Assembly: GCA_937910695.1 (NCBI GenBank)
Contig: CALEMW010000054.1
Coordinates: forward strand, 13,831-77,830
Source: an uncultured bacterium
GTDB lineage: Bacteria > Krumholzibacteriota > Krumholzibacteriia > LZORAL124-64-63
Direction: 5' to 3'
DNA: 64,000 nt
Shown here: positions 35,972-44,842 of the stretch, piece by piece
Numbering within the stretch: the first letter of the stretch is position 1
How the letters are laid out: each line of letters opens with the position of its first letter
Position numbers and translations under genes: made by a program
The notes under the pieces: model-generated
Databases searched by the model: none
The model's input: the letters and a program-made list of their open reading frames with translations, nothing else
Told to the model about the DNA's origin: nothing

Positions 35972-38386
35972 ATGAAGAACCGATTCGATCCCCACCGTCA
36001 TCAGCTCGATGCGCGCGAACAGGACGCGCTCTGGCTGGAGATCCGCAACGCGGCGCGCGAGCCGCAGGCCCGACGCACCGCCTTCGCACCGGCGTTGGTC
36101 GTGTCCGCCGCCGCCGTGGCTCTCGCCCTGATCGGGGCCCTGGCCTTCTGGCCCGCCTCCGATCACGGCAACGATCCCCGGCGCAGCGCCCCCCTGGCGC
36201 AGCGCTACCAAGTGACCGAGGAGTCGGAGCCCGTGCTCCGGGACCGCGCGACCGGGCGTCCCGTGCCCGTACTCGAGGTCCTGCCGACCCCCGTGGACGA
36301 CTGCGAAGAAGCCGAGGACCCGCCCGCCCCCGCGGTCGTGCGCGGCGAGATTCGCGAAGCCTTCACCGGCGAACTCCTCGGTCACGCCGTCCTGACTTCC
36401 CTGGACGGCAGCGTCCACGCGGCGGCCGACAGCAACGGCGTGTTCCGGCTGTTCGGTGTGACGCCCGATCAGCCGCTGTCACTACACCTGAGTCGTTTGG
36501 GGTACACGCCCATCGACACCGTCCTGACGGCGGCGCCCGGGGAAACCCTCGTGGTGGCGCTGGTGATGGAGGCGATGATCGTGGCGCAGCTCGACGCCAT
36601 CGATGTGGAGGGCGATCGGTACATGGTCGATGTGAAGTCGACCGTCCGGGAGCAGTCGATCGACTCGTCGCGGCTGAGCAAGTACGCCATCGATTCGGTG
36701 GAGGACGCCATCGCCAAGCAGGCCGGAGCTCGTCCCAGTGGGAATCAACCGTACATGCTGGGTGGCGGCACCATGAATGTTGTCGAAGGAATCGACGGAT
36801 CCGCCCTGCAATCCCGTAGCATCCAGGTCGCTCGCAGGAAGCCGCGTCCGGGCGACGAAAACATCGCCGACACCCTGCTGTCCAGCGACGAGATGTTATC
36901 ATTTTCTAACTCCGTCACCGGCGGCACCACCCCGCCCAACGGCGAGCCCTACGAGCTCATGTACTTCCACCACGCCGGCGTGAACCCCTTCGTCACGACC
37001 GACGAGGACAACCTGAGCACCTTCGCCGTCGACGTGGACGACGCCTCCTACACCCTGGCGCGAAGCTACATCGAGAACGGCCATCTGCCGCCGCAGGACG
37101 CGGTGCGGGTGGAGGAGTTCGTCAACGTCTTCGACGGCGACTGGCCCGAGCACCGCGGCGAGGATCTGCGGATCCACGCCGACGGCGCGCCCTCCCGCTT
37201 CGGTGACGGCTATCACCTGCTGCGAGTCGGCCTGAGGGCACGCACCGTGGGCGCCATGGACCGTAAACCGGCCTTGCTGATCTTCGTGATCGACGTGTCG
37301 GGCTCCATGCGGGCCGGCAACCGCCTGGGCCTGGTCAAGGAGGCCCTGCTGACCCTGGTCGACGATCTCCACGAAGACGACCAGGTCGGACTGGTGATCT
37401 ACGGCAGTATCGGACAGGTGGTGCTCGAACCCACCGGGCCGGAGGACCACAGCCGCCTGCGCAAAGCCATCGCCTCGCTGCAGACCGGCGGCAGCACCAA
37501 CGCCCACGAGGGCCTGAAGCTGGCCTACGACATGGCGCGTGACCACTACGAAGCCGGCCACATCCACCGTTTGATCCTCTGCTCCGATGGGGTGGCGAAC
37601 AACGGCCTGACCGTTGCCGATCAGATTCTCGACGACGTGCGCCGCGAATCGGACCGCGGCATCCAGCTGACGACCGTCGGCTTCGGCATGGGCAACTACA
37701 ACGACGTGCTGATGGAGAAGCTCGCTGACACCGGCGACGGCACCTACCACTACGTGGACGATCTCGACGCCGCCCGCAACGTGTTCCGGCAGAACCTCAC
37801 CGGCCTGCTGCAGACCGTGGCCCGCGACGCCAAGATCCAGGTGGAATTCGACCCCGCACGGGTGCTGCGCTGGCGGCTGCTGGGCTACGAGAACCGCGAC
37901 GTCGCCGACCGTGATTTCCGCAACGACGACATCGACGCAGGCGAGGTCGGTTCGGCCCACGTCGTGACCGCTCTGTACGAAGTCAAACTGGCCGACGATG
38001 TGGTCGAGGCCATGGGCCGCAGCCTGGCCTGGGGCGCGAGCGCCGAGCTCGCCGTGGCCAGGGCGCGTTGGGAAGTGCCGGCTCACGACACCGAGCGGGC
38101 GGGCGAGGTGACGGAGATCGAGCAGAAGATCACCGCCGCCGACGTGGGCCGCAGCTTCGGGGCGGCCCGATCGGGGCTGCGGCTGCAGGCCGTGGCCGCC
38201 GAGTTCGCCGAGATCCTGCGCGGCAGCTTCTGGGCCCGCGAGAGCTCGCTGGCGGATCTGGTGCCGGTAGCGGACGCCACGGCGGCTGGACGCGACGGTG
38301 ATGGGGCGGCATCCGAGCTGGTCGACCTGATCAGGCGAGCGGCTGATCTTGCAGGCGACGGAGCGAAAGAAGGCCGGACCCGCTGA
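35972..38386 (+). CDS. Membrane anti-sigma factor fused to periplasmic carboxypeptidase-regulatory-like, vWA N-terminal, von Willebrand factor A (MIDAS) and DUF3520-like domains (YfbK-like sensor)
   Basis: Start 2 nt after the sigma stop. TM 'ALVVSAAAVALALIGALAFW'. vWA 'LLIFVIDVSGSMRAGNRLGLVKEAL...QTGGSTNAHEGL...LCSDGVANNG'. Confidence 0.7.
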   Translation: MKNRFDPHRHQLDAREQDALWLEIRNAAREPQARRTAFAPALVVSAAAVALALIGALAFWPASDHGNDPRRSAPLAQRYQVTEESEPVLRDRATGRPVPVLEVLPTPVDDCEEAEDPPAPAVVRGEIREAFTGELLGHAVLTSLDGSVHAAADSNGVFRLFGVTPDQPLSLHLSRLGYTPIDTVLTAAPGETLVVALVMEAMIVAQLDAIDVEGDRYMVDVKSTVREQSIDSSRLSKYAIDSVEDAIAKQAGARPSGNQPYMLGGGTMNVVEGIDGSALQSRSIQVARRKPRPGDENIADTLLSSDEMLSFSNSVTGGTTPPNGEPYELMYFHHAGVNPFVTTDEDNLSTFAVDVDDASYTLARSYIENGHLPPQDAVRVEEFVNVFDGDWPEHRGEDLRIHADGAPSRFGDGYHLLRVGLRARTVGAMDRKPALLIFVIDVSGSMRAGNRLGLVKEALLTLVDDLHEDDQVGLVIYGSIGQVVLEPTGPEDHSRLRKAIASLQTGGSTNAHEGLKLAYDMARDHYEAGHIHRLILCSDGVANNGLTVADQILDDVRRESDRGIQLTTVGFGMGNYNDVLMEKLADTGDGTYHYVDDLDAARNVFRQNLTGLLQTVARDAKIQVEFDPARVLRWRLLGYENRDVADRDFRNDDIDAGEVGSAHVVTALYEVKLADDVVEAMGRSLAWGASAELAVARARWEVPAHDTERAGEVTEIEQKITAADVGRSFGAARSGLRLQAVAAEFAEILRGSFWARESSLADLVPVADATAAGRDGDGAASELVDLIRRAADLAGDGAKEGRTR

Positions 38387-38407
38387 ACCCGGCGGCGGAT
38401 CCGGTGC

Positions 38408-38439
38408 GACGGCCGGCGGTTCGGCGACCGCCGGCCGTC
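38408..38439. terminator. Perfect 12-bp GC hairpin between convergent genes (no U-tract)
   Basis: 'GACGGCCGGCGG ttcggcga CCGCCGGCCGTC'. Confidence 0.35.
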
Positions 38440-38478
38440 GGCGTGTGCTCAGTGAGCCGGAAAATCATATCATGCCCA

Positions 38479-39516
38479 TCAAATGAGACCGGTCTTGCCC
38501 GTGACCCCGCGCTCCAGGTCCAGCAGGAACCTCTTGCGCCAGAGCCCGCCTCCGTAACCGGTCAGCGACCCGTCGGTGCCGATGACGCGGTGGCAGGGCA
38601 CGATGATGGCGATCCTGTTGTCGCCGTTGGCCCGGGCCACCGCACGCACGGCGTTGGGATTTCCCACGGCCACGGCCTGCTCGCGATAGCTCCGCGTCTG
38701 TCCGTAGGGAATGCTCCGGAGCTGTTCCCACGTCATCCGCTGAAAGTCCGTACCCGGCATCACCAGGGGTAGGTCGAACCGACGGCGCGTCCCCGCAAAG
38801 TACTCCCCGAGCTGGGCATCGAGGTTGTCGAAGTGCTCGTTGCGGCCAGGCATGAACTCGGCTCCGAGCAGCTTCCGCAATCTCGTGATCTGGGTCTCGA
38901 GCATCCTGCGGTCCGTGAATTCCAACAGACAGATGCCGTCGTCGGTCGCACCGGCAAAGAGAGGGCCAAGGGGCGAGAGGATCCGCGTAACGATCACGAC
39001 ATTCTGCTGCGCGCTTCGCGACGGCACGAAGCCGGTGGCCTTCTTGAAGGCTTCATTGAATCCACTCAGGGAGTCATAGCCAATGTCGAAGGCCGAATCG
39101 ATCACCTTGCCGGCGTGCCGTATCCGACCGAATGCTTCATTCAGGCGGCGTGAACGCAGGTAAGCCTGGAACGTCATTCCATGATGTTTTTTGAACCAAC
39201 GGCGTATCCGCGCCGGATCGATCCCACGTGCACGCAGATCGGCATCTTTGAGCCTCAGGGACGGATCACGATCAACCTCGGCGAGAAGCGGCTTCAGCCA
39301 GGCAGGGGGCTGACCGTACAACTCCATGGGATGACATGATTTGCAGGGCCTGTAGCCCAATGCCAACGCCTCCTTGACGTTTGCGAAATACTCCGTGTTT
39401 TCCAGGTTGGGTTTGCGGGCGGGGCAGGTCGGTCGGCAGAAAATGCCGGTGGTCTTGACCCCCACGACGAAAATCCCCTCGAACGACGGATCTCGGTCCA
39501 CAAGGGCGCGGTACAT
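38479..39516 (-). CDS. ada: Bifunctional Ada: Zn-Cys4 methylphosphotriester-repair domain + AraC-type HTH + O6-methylguanine-DNA methyltransferase
   Basis: 'FCRPTCPARKP...YRPCKSCHP' Cys4. AraC HTH. 'IVPCHRVIG' MGMT active site. The ORF extension upstream of ATG 39516 is AT-rich non-coding. Confidence 0.85.
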   Translation of the reverse strand: MYRALVDRDPSFEGIFVVGVKTTGIFCRPTCPARKPNLENTEYFANVKEALALGYRPCKSCHPMELYGQPPAWLKPLLAEVDRDPSLRLKDADLRARGIDPARIRRWFKKHHGMTFQAYLRSRRLNEAFGRIRHAGKVIDSAFDIGYDSLSGFNEAFKKATGFVPSRSAQQNVVIVTRILSPLGPLFAGATDDGICLLEFTDRRMLETQITRLRKLLGAEFMPGRNEHFDNLDAQLGEYFAGTRRRFDLPLVMPGTDFQRMTWEQLRSIPYGQTRSYREQAVAVGNPNAVRAVARANGDNRIAIIVPCHRVIGTDGSLTGYGGGLWRKRFLLDLERGVTGKTGLI

Positions 39517-39894
39517 CACCGACGTTTCGGGCAGGTTCGAACGGTTCACGGAAGCTCCTTGGTTCGAGGTCGGCGAGAGTATGAGGGTTCGAATTGTGCC
39601 GTGCTTGCGAAAACTGGACGGAGATATGGATTCTCGGAGTGTCCGGCAAGAGATAGAACTCCGTGGAACACAAATACGATTGATCGACTCCTGTATTTTT
39701 GTAAAATTATCATCATATTGAATTTTACAGATCATAATATAAGTAACCTGTGATACAATCGCATACTCGTCAGATATCGACATCTTTAGCGCCGATGAAC
39801 GCCTTTTAGGCCTAATCGGCATATGACAGGTCCGGAGTTGGATCAAAATCGCAACATGGTGTGGCGACACGATCCGACGGAGAAAGGAAGGCCC

Positions 39895-42800
39895 ATGAAA
39901 CGCACTCTTGTGATGGTCACCCTGATTTTCGCTACCCTATGCGCCTCGATGGCATCGGGCGCGACGCAGGCCATCCCCCTGCAGGCCGAACGCACGGCCC
40001 TCGACCTGGTCGACACCCGTGGCGACGCCCTCCAGTTCCGCGTGAACATCGCCGAGCTGCAGGCCATGGACGTGACCACGTCCGCCGGCGATTTCTCCCG
40101 GATCGTCATCCCCGGGTTCCACAACTCGATGATCGACGGCAGCCCCGAGCTGCCCATGATGAATCGGTTGTTGGAACTTCCTTTCGGCGCCAATGCGCGC
40201 GTCGAAGTGGTTTCGGCATCGCGGCGCGTGGTGCGATTGGCCGACCACGGCATCACCACACCGCTGATGCCCCACCAGCCCAGCGTCTCCAAGAGCGCCG
40301 ACCTGGACAATCTGCCCTTCATTTACGACCGGGCCGCCTATGCCGGCACCGTGGCGCGTGAACTGGTGCGGGTCGTCGAGCTGGGTCAGCTGCGTTCCCG
40401 CGGGCTCGTCCGTTGCGAGATTTCCCCGGTGGAGTACCTGCCTGAAAGCGGCGAGCTGATCATCCACGACCAGATCGAATTCCGCGTCATATTCGACGGC
40501 GTCGACCGCGCCGGCGAGGCCGACATGCTGGCCCGAACCTGGAGCCCCTTCTTCTCGCCCCTGTTCACCAACGTTGCAGGATCGCGGGCGAACCACTTCG
40601 ACTTCCCCGACCTCGTCAAGAACCCCGTGACGATGGTCGTCGTGACCCCGCCCGAGTTCCAGTACGTGTTGACCGACTTCGTCAACTGGAAGACCGAGCG
40701 CGGCTTCAACATGATCATGGGCGTGACCGGCACCCCCGAAGTGGGCGCCACCGCCGCCTCGATCCAGTCCTACCTGCACGGCCTCTACAACGCCGCCACG
40801 CCCGAGCTGCCGGCCCCGAGCTTCGTGCTCTTCGTCGGCGACGTGGCTCAGATGCCCACGTTCACCGAGGGCGGCGACGCCACCGACCGTCCCTACTGCG
40901 CGGTCGACGGCGACCTCTATCCGGACATGTACTACGGCCGCTTCTCGTGCACCAACGTGAGCCAACTCCAGGCTCAACTCGACAAGACGATGATGTACGA
41001 CCAGTTCACGATGCCCGACCCCAGCTACCTGGGCAACGTGACGATGATCGCCGGCGTCGACGGGAGCTTCGCCCCGACCCACGGCAACGGCCAGATCAAC
41101 TACGGCACCGAGCACTACTTCAACGCCGCCCACGGCATCAACAGCTACACGTACCTGTATCCCGCTTCGGACGCCGCCGGCGCTCCGGCCGAGATCGTGG
41201 CGCATGCGAGCGAGGGCGTTGGCTTCATCAACTACACCGCCCACGGCAGCCAGACAAGCTGGTCCGACCCCGCCTTCACCCAGACGAACATCAACAGTCT
41301 GACGAACACCGGGAAGTATTTCCTGGCCATCGGCAACTGCTGCCTGACCTCGACCTACGACTACGGCGAGTGCTTCGGCGAGACCTTCCTGCGCGCCGCG
41401 GGTAAGGGCGCCGTGGGTTACATCGGCGGCTCCAACTCGACCTACTGGGACGAGGACTACTGGTGGGGCGTGGGCTTCCACGCCAGCTCGCAGATCGACG
41501 GCTCGGCCTATCCCGTCGAGAGCACGGGCATCGGCGTGTACGACGGCATCTTCCACGACCACGGCGAGGCTCCCGCCCAGCAGTACGTGACCAACGACGC
41601 CGTCGTGTTCTGCGGCAACATGACCGTCACCGAATCCGGATCCAGCCGTGAGACCTACTACTGGAACATCTACAACCTGTTGGGAGACCCTTCCCTGTCG
41701 ACCTACATGGGCGTGCCGACGACCAACCCCGTCAGCCATCAGCCCGTGTTCACGAACTCCCCGGACCTCGTCATCGACGCGGCCCCGGGCAGCTACGTGG
41801 GTCTGACCCAGGGCGGCGTCATCTTCGCCGCCGGCACGATCCCCGCGGGCGGCCGTCTGGCCCTGCCCATCAACGGCGTGCTCACCCCGGGCACGGCCAA
41901 GCTGGTCGTCACTGCCCAGAACCGTGAGCCCTATGTCGAGGTCGTTCCGGTCATCGTGCCGGCGACCGTGCTGATCGACCCCGCGGCCATCGACGCCAAC
42001 GTCGCCACCGACGTGACCGTCACGGTCTACGGCGAGGACGGCGTGACCCCCGTGGTCGGCCTGAGCGTCTGGGCCGAGGGCCTGGGCTATGCCACCGCGC
42101 CGGTGCTGACCGACGCCCTGGGCGTGGCCGTGCTTAACGTGACCTACCCCTACGGTCCGACCGTGGACATCGTGGGCCGCAACATGGCCGACCCGTACGA
42201 GCTCTTCCGCGAGCCCCTGACGGTCAACGCCTTGGCCCTGGCTTCACCCGATCTGTCGGTTTCGACCGGCATCGGCATGGCCGACATGTTCCCGCTGAAC
42301 CTGCCCGCCGACCTGAACGCCACGGTCGCCGAGCCCGGGTTCACGCTGCACGCCTTCCTGCCCGACGGCAGTGAGCTGACCACCGGCGCCGCGTCGATGA
42401 GCATCACCGCCGGCGACTTGGGCCTTGTGACCGGCGTGATCGCGGTCAGCGGCTACGACATCTACACCGAGTCCTTCGACGTCATCGAAGCCTTCGGCAC
42501 CATGACGGGCGTCGTGACTGCCGGCGGCGGCGGCGCGGCCGGTGCGGTCGTGCGTCTGATCGACGGCGGCGGCATCGAAGCCTACAGCGCGACCTGCGAC
42601 GGCGCGGGCGCCTACGACTTCGGCGGCGACATCCTGGTCGCCAACTACGACGTCGTGATCGACTACTTCGGCTATCTGCACTATGAGATGCCGTACTTCG
42701 TGAACTTCGGCGCCAACGTCTACGACATCGCGTTGACGGCGGCCCCGAGCGGCGTACTCACCGGTACGCTGAGCGATTCGGTCACCGGCGAGCTGCTCGA

Positions 42801-44673
42801 GGGCGGCATCGTGCGCGTGTTCCGTCATGACACAGGCACGCTCTACACCGAGGCCGTGAGCGACGTCGCCGGCACGTTCACGACCACGGCACTGCCCTAC
42901 TTCAACTACGACATCATGGTGCGTGCCTACCATCACGTGCCGGTGATCATCACCCTTGAAGTCGCCGACCCGGTCGTCACCAAGGACTTCGTCCTCGAGC
43001 CGACCAACGGCGACCTGCTGATCATCGACGACAACGGCGCTGCGGCGGCCAAGGCCGACAAGTTCGACGAGAAGGGCAACTTCCTCGCGGCCGGTTATAT
43101 GAGCGAGGCTCCCAAAACGGCCGCCCAGATGGCCAGCACGCTGGAGCTCGTCGGCTACAGTGTGACCGTCGAGACTTCAGGTACGACGGACCCGTCGTCC
43201 TGGTCGATGTACGACCTGGTCATCGTGTCCTGCGCCGACAACACGTCGGCCCTGCCCGACGCCGTTATCCGCAATGCGTTGATCAACTATGTCGACGCCG
43301 GCGGCAAGCTGCTGCTCGAAGGCGGCGAAGTCGGCTACAACCATTACGGCAGCGGTGCCTTCGCCGAGCGCGTCATGCACTCGACGGACTGGAACCACGA
43401 CGCCAGCGGCAACTTCGTCATCGCGGAGCCCACGCACCCGGTGATGAGCGTGCCCAACGCGGTCGAGGACAACTCACCGGTCACCTACAACGGCTACGGA
43501 GACCAGGACGCCATGGCGCCCCTGGGCGACGCCGTGATGGTCGGTACTTGGGCCACCTACCCGACCGACGCCAGCGTGATCTGCTACGATCCGAACCCGG
43601 CGCCCGAGGGCGGTCAGATCGTCTTCATGTGCTTCAACTACGGCGCTCTGCCCGGCAGCTGCGCCACGGGCATTCTCGAGAACGCAGTGAACTGGCTGCT
43701 GGTGCTCGAGGCCGGCACTTCGTCGGTGACCGGTCAGGTCCTGCTGTCCGGTGAAACGAACCATGCGGGCATCCTCGTCGAGGCCGTGCCCGGCGGCGGT
43801 TCCACCTTCACGGCGACCGACGGTACGTACACCCTGCCCGGCCTGTTCGCCGGCGAGTACACGATCCGCGCTTCGAAGTCCGGATGGGGAACACAGGCCC
43901 AGGCTGTTTCTCTTGCCGAGGGACAGGCTACGACGGTGGATCTGGTGCTCACACCGGTCCTGGAGTTCGACGGCTGCAACCAGCCCGCGCTGGCGATTCC
44001 TGATAACAGCCCGGCCGGTGTGTCCGACGTGATGACCGTCGATCTGGGCTACGGCGCTTCGACGACCGTATCGGAGATCTCGGTCTTCGTTGACGTGACC
44101 CACACCTGGCAGGGCGACCTTCTCGTCACCCTGACCTCGCCCATGGGCACGAGCGTCGTGCTGCACAACCGCACCGGCAGCAGCGCCGACAACATCTACG
44201 GCTGGTACCCGACCGAACTGGTTCCCGCAGGCGACCTCGGCGTGTTCGCCGGGCAACTGACCAACGGCGACTGGACCCTGTCGATCAGCGACAACGCCGG
44301 CGCCGACACCGGCTCGTTGAACGAGTGGTGCCTGCACATGGTCTTCAGCGGCGTGGTGACCAACGAGGGCGAACCTGGCGACAGCGCCGTTCCGTCGGTC
44401 TACAAGCTCCACTCCAACTACCCGAACCCATTCAACCCCATGACCAACGTCAAGTTCGAGCTGTCCCGCCCGGGCCTGACCAAGGTCAGCGTGTACGATG
44501 TGAGCGGCCGTCTGATCAAGACGCTCGTGAACGAAGACCTGCCGGCTTCGGTCTACACCGTGACCTGGGACGGCACCAACAGCCGCGGCCAGCGCGTGGC
44601 CAGCGGCACGTACTACCTCCGCCTGGTCTCCGATGACTTCCAGGCGGTTCACAAGATGACGATGCTGAAGTAG
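39895..44673 (+). CDS. Gingipain-like cysteine peptidase (family C25) with propeptide, multiple Ig-like/CarboxypepD_reg-like domains, a proprotein-convertase P-domain and a T9SS type-A C-terminal sorting domain (1592 aa)
   Basis: RBS GAAAGGAAGG. Signal peptide. Catalytic His 'INYTAHGSQTSWSDPAF' and Cys 'FLAIGNCCLTSTYDYGECFGETF' (RgpB-like). P-domain 'VTHTWQGDLLVTLTSPMGTSVVLHNRTG'. C-terminus 'YPNPFNPMTNVKFELSRPGLTKVSVYDVSGRLIKTL'. Confidence 0.85.
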   Translation: MKRTLVMVTLIFATLCASMASGATQAIPLQAERTALDLVDTRGDALQFRVNIAELQAMDVTTSAGDFSRIVIPGFHNSMIDGSPELPMMNRLLELPFGANARVEVVSASRRVVRLADHGITTPLMPHQPSVSKSADLDNLPFIYDRAAYAGTVARELVRVVELGQLRSRGLVRCEISPVEYLPESGELIIHDQIEFRVIFDGVDRAGEADMLARTWSPFFSPLFTNVAGSRANHFDFPDLVKNPVTMVVVTPPEFQYVLTDFVNWKTERGFNMIMGVTGTPEVGATAASIQSYLHGLYNAATPELPAPSFVLFVGDVAQMPTFTEGGDATDRPYCAVDGDLYPDMYYGRFSCTNVSQLQAQLDKTMMYDQFTMPDPSYLGNVTMIAGVDGSFAPTHGNGQINYGTEHYFNAAHGINSYTYLYPASDAAGAPAEIVAHASEGVGFINYTAHGSQTSWSDPAFTQTNINSLTNTGKYFLAIGNCCLTSTYDYGECFGETFLRAAGKGAVGYIGGSNSTYWDEDYWWGVGFHASSQIDGSAYPVESTGIGVYDGIFHDHGEAPAQQYVTNDAVVFCGNMTVTESGSSRETYYWNIYNLLGDPSLSTYMGVPTTNPVSHQPVFTNSPDLVIDAAPGSYVGLTQGGVIFAAGTIPAGGRLALPINGVLTPGTAKLVVTAQNREPYVEVVPVIVPATVLIDPAAIDANVATDVTVTVYGEDGVTPVVGLSVWAEGLGYATAPVLTDALGVAVLNVTYPYGPTVDIVGRNMADPYELFREPLTVNALALASPDLSVSTGIGMADMFPLNLPADLNATVAEPGFTLHAFLPDGSELTTGAASMSITAGDLGLVTGVIAVSGYDIYTESFDVIEAFGTMTGVVTAGGGGAAGAVVRLIDGGGIEAYSATCDGAGAYDFGGDILVANYDVVIDYFGYLHYEMPYFVNFGANVYDIALTAAPSGVLTGTLSDSVTGELLEGGIVRVFRHDTGTLYTEAVSDVAGTFTTTALPYFNYDIMVRAYHHVPVIITLEVADPVVTKDFVLEPTNGDLLIIDDNGAAAAKADKFDEKGNFLAAGYMSEAPKTAAQMASTLELVGYSVTVETSGTTDPSSWSMYDLVIVSCADNTSALPDAVIRNALINYVDAGGKLLLEGGEVGYNHYGSGAFAERVMHSTDWNHDASGNFVIAEPTHPVMSVPNAVEDNSPVTYNGYGDQDAMAPLGDAVMVGTWATYPTDASVICYDPNPAPEGGQIVFMCFNYGALPGSCATGILENAVNWLLVLEAGTSSVTGQVLLSGETNHAGILVEAVPGGGSTFTATDGTYTLPGLFAGEYTIRASKSGWGTQAQAVSLAEGQATTVDLVLTPVLEFDGCNQPALAIPDNSPAGVSDVMTVDLGYGASTTVSEISVFVDVTHTWQGDLLVTLTSPMGTSVVLHNRTGSSADNIYGWYPTELVPAGDLGVFAGQLTNGDWTLSISDNAGADTGSLNEWCLHMVFSGVVTNEGEPGDSAVPSVYKLHSNYPNPFNPMTNVKFELSRPGLTKVSVYDVSGRLIKTLVNEDLPASVYTVTWDGTNSRGQRVASGTYYLRLVSDDFQAVHKMTMLK

Positions 44674-44688
44674 CGTCGTTGCGACCCG

Positions 44689-44715
44689 AAAGGGGTCCGG
44701 CTGCGGCCGGGCCCC
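44689..44715 (+). terminator. Hairpin terminator after the gingipain-like gene
   Basis: 'GGGGTCCGGC tgc GCCGGGCCCC' followed by TTTCCCTTTG. Confidence 0.5.
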
Positions 44716-44842
44716 TTTCCCTTTGCCCCTGGTATTGCTTTATCATTCTGCAAAAATACGTTAGAATGATAGGGTACTGATGGACTGGATTCCGCGTCCT
44801 CCCGCCGCGACGCCGTCACAGCACACCCGATCCCAAGGATGG

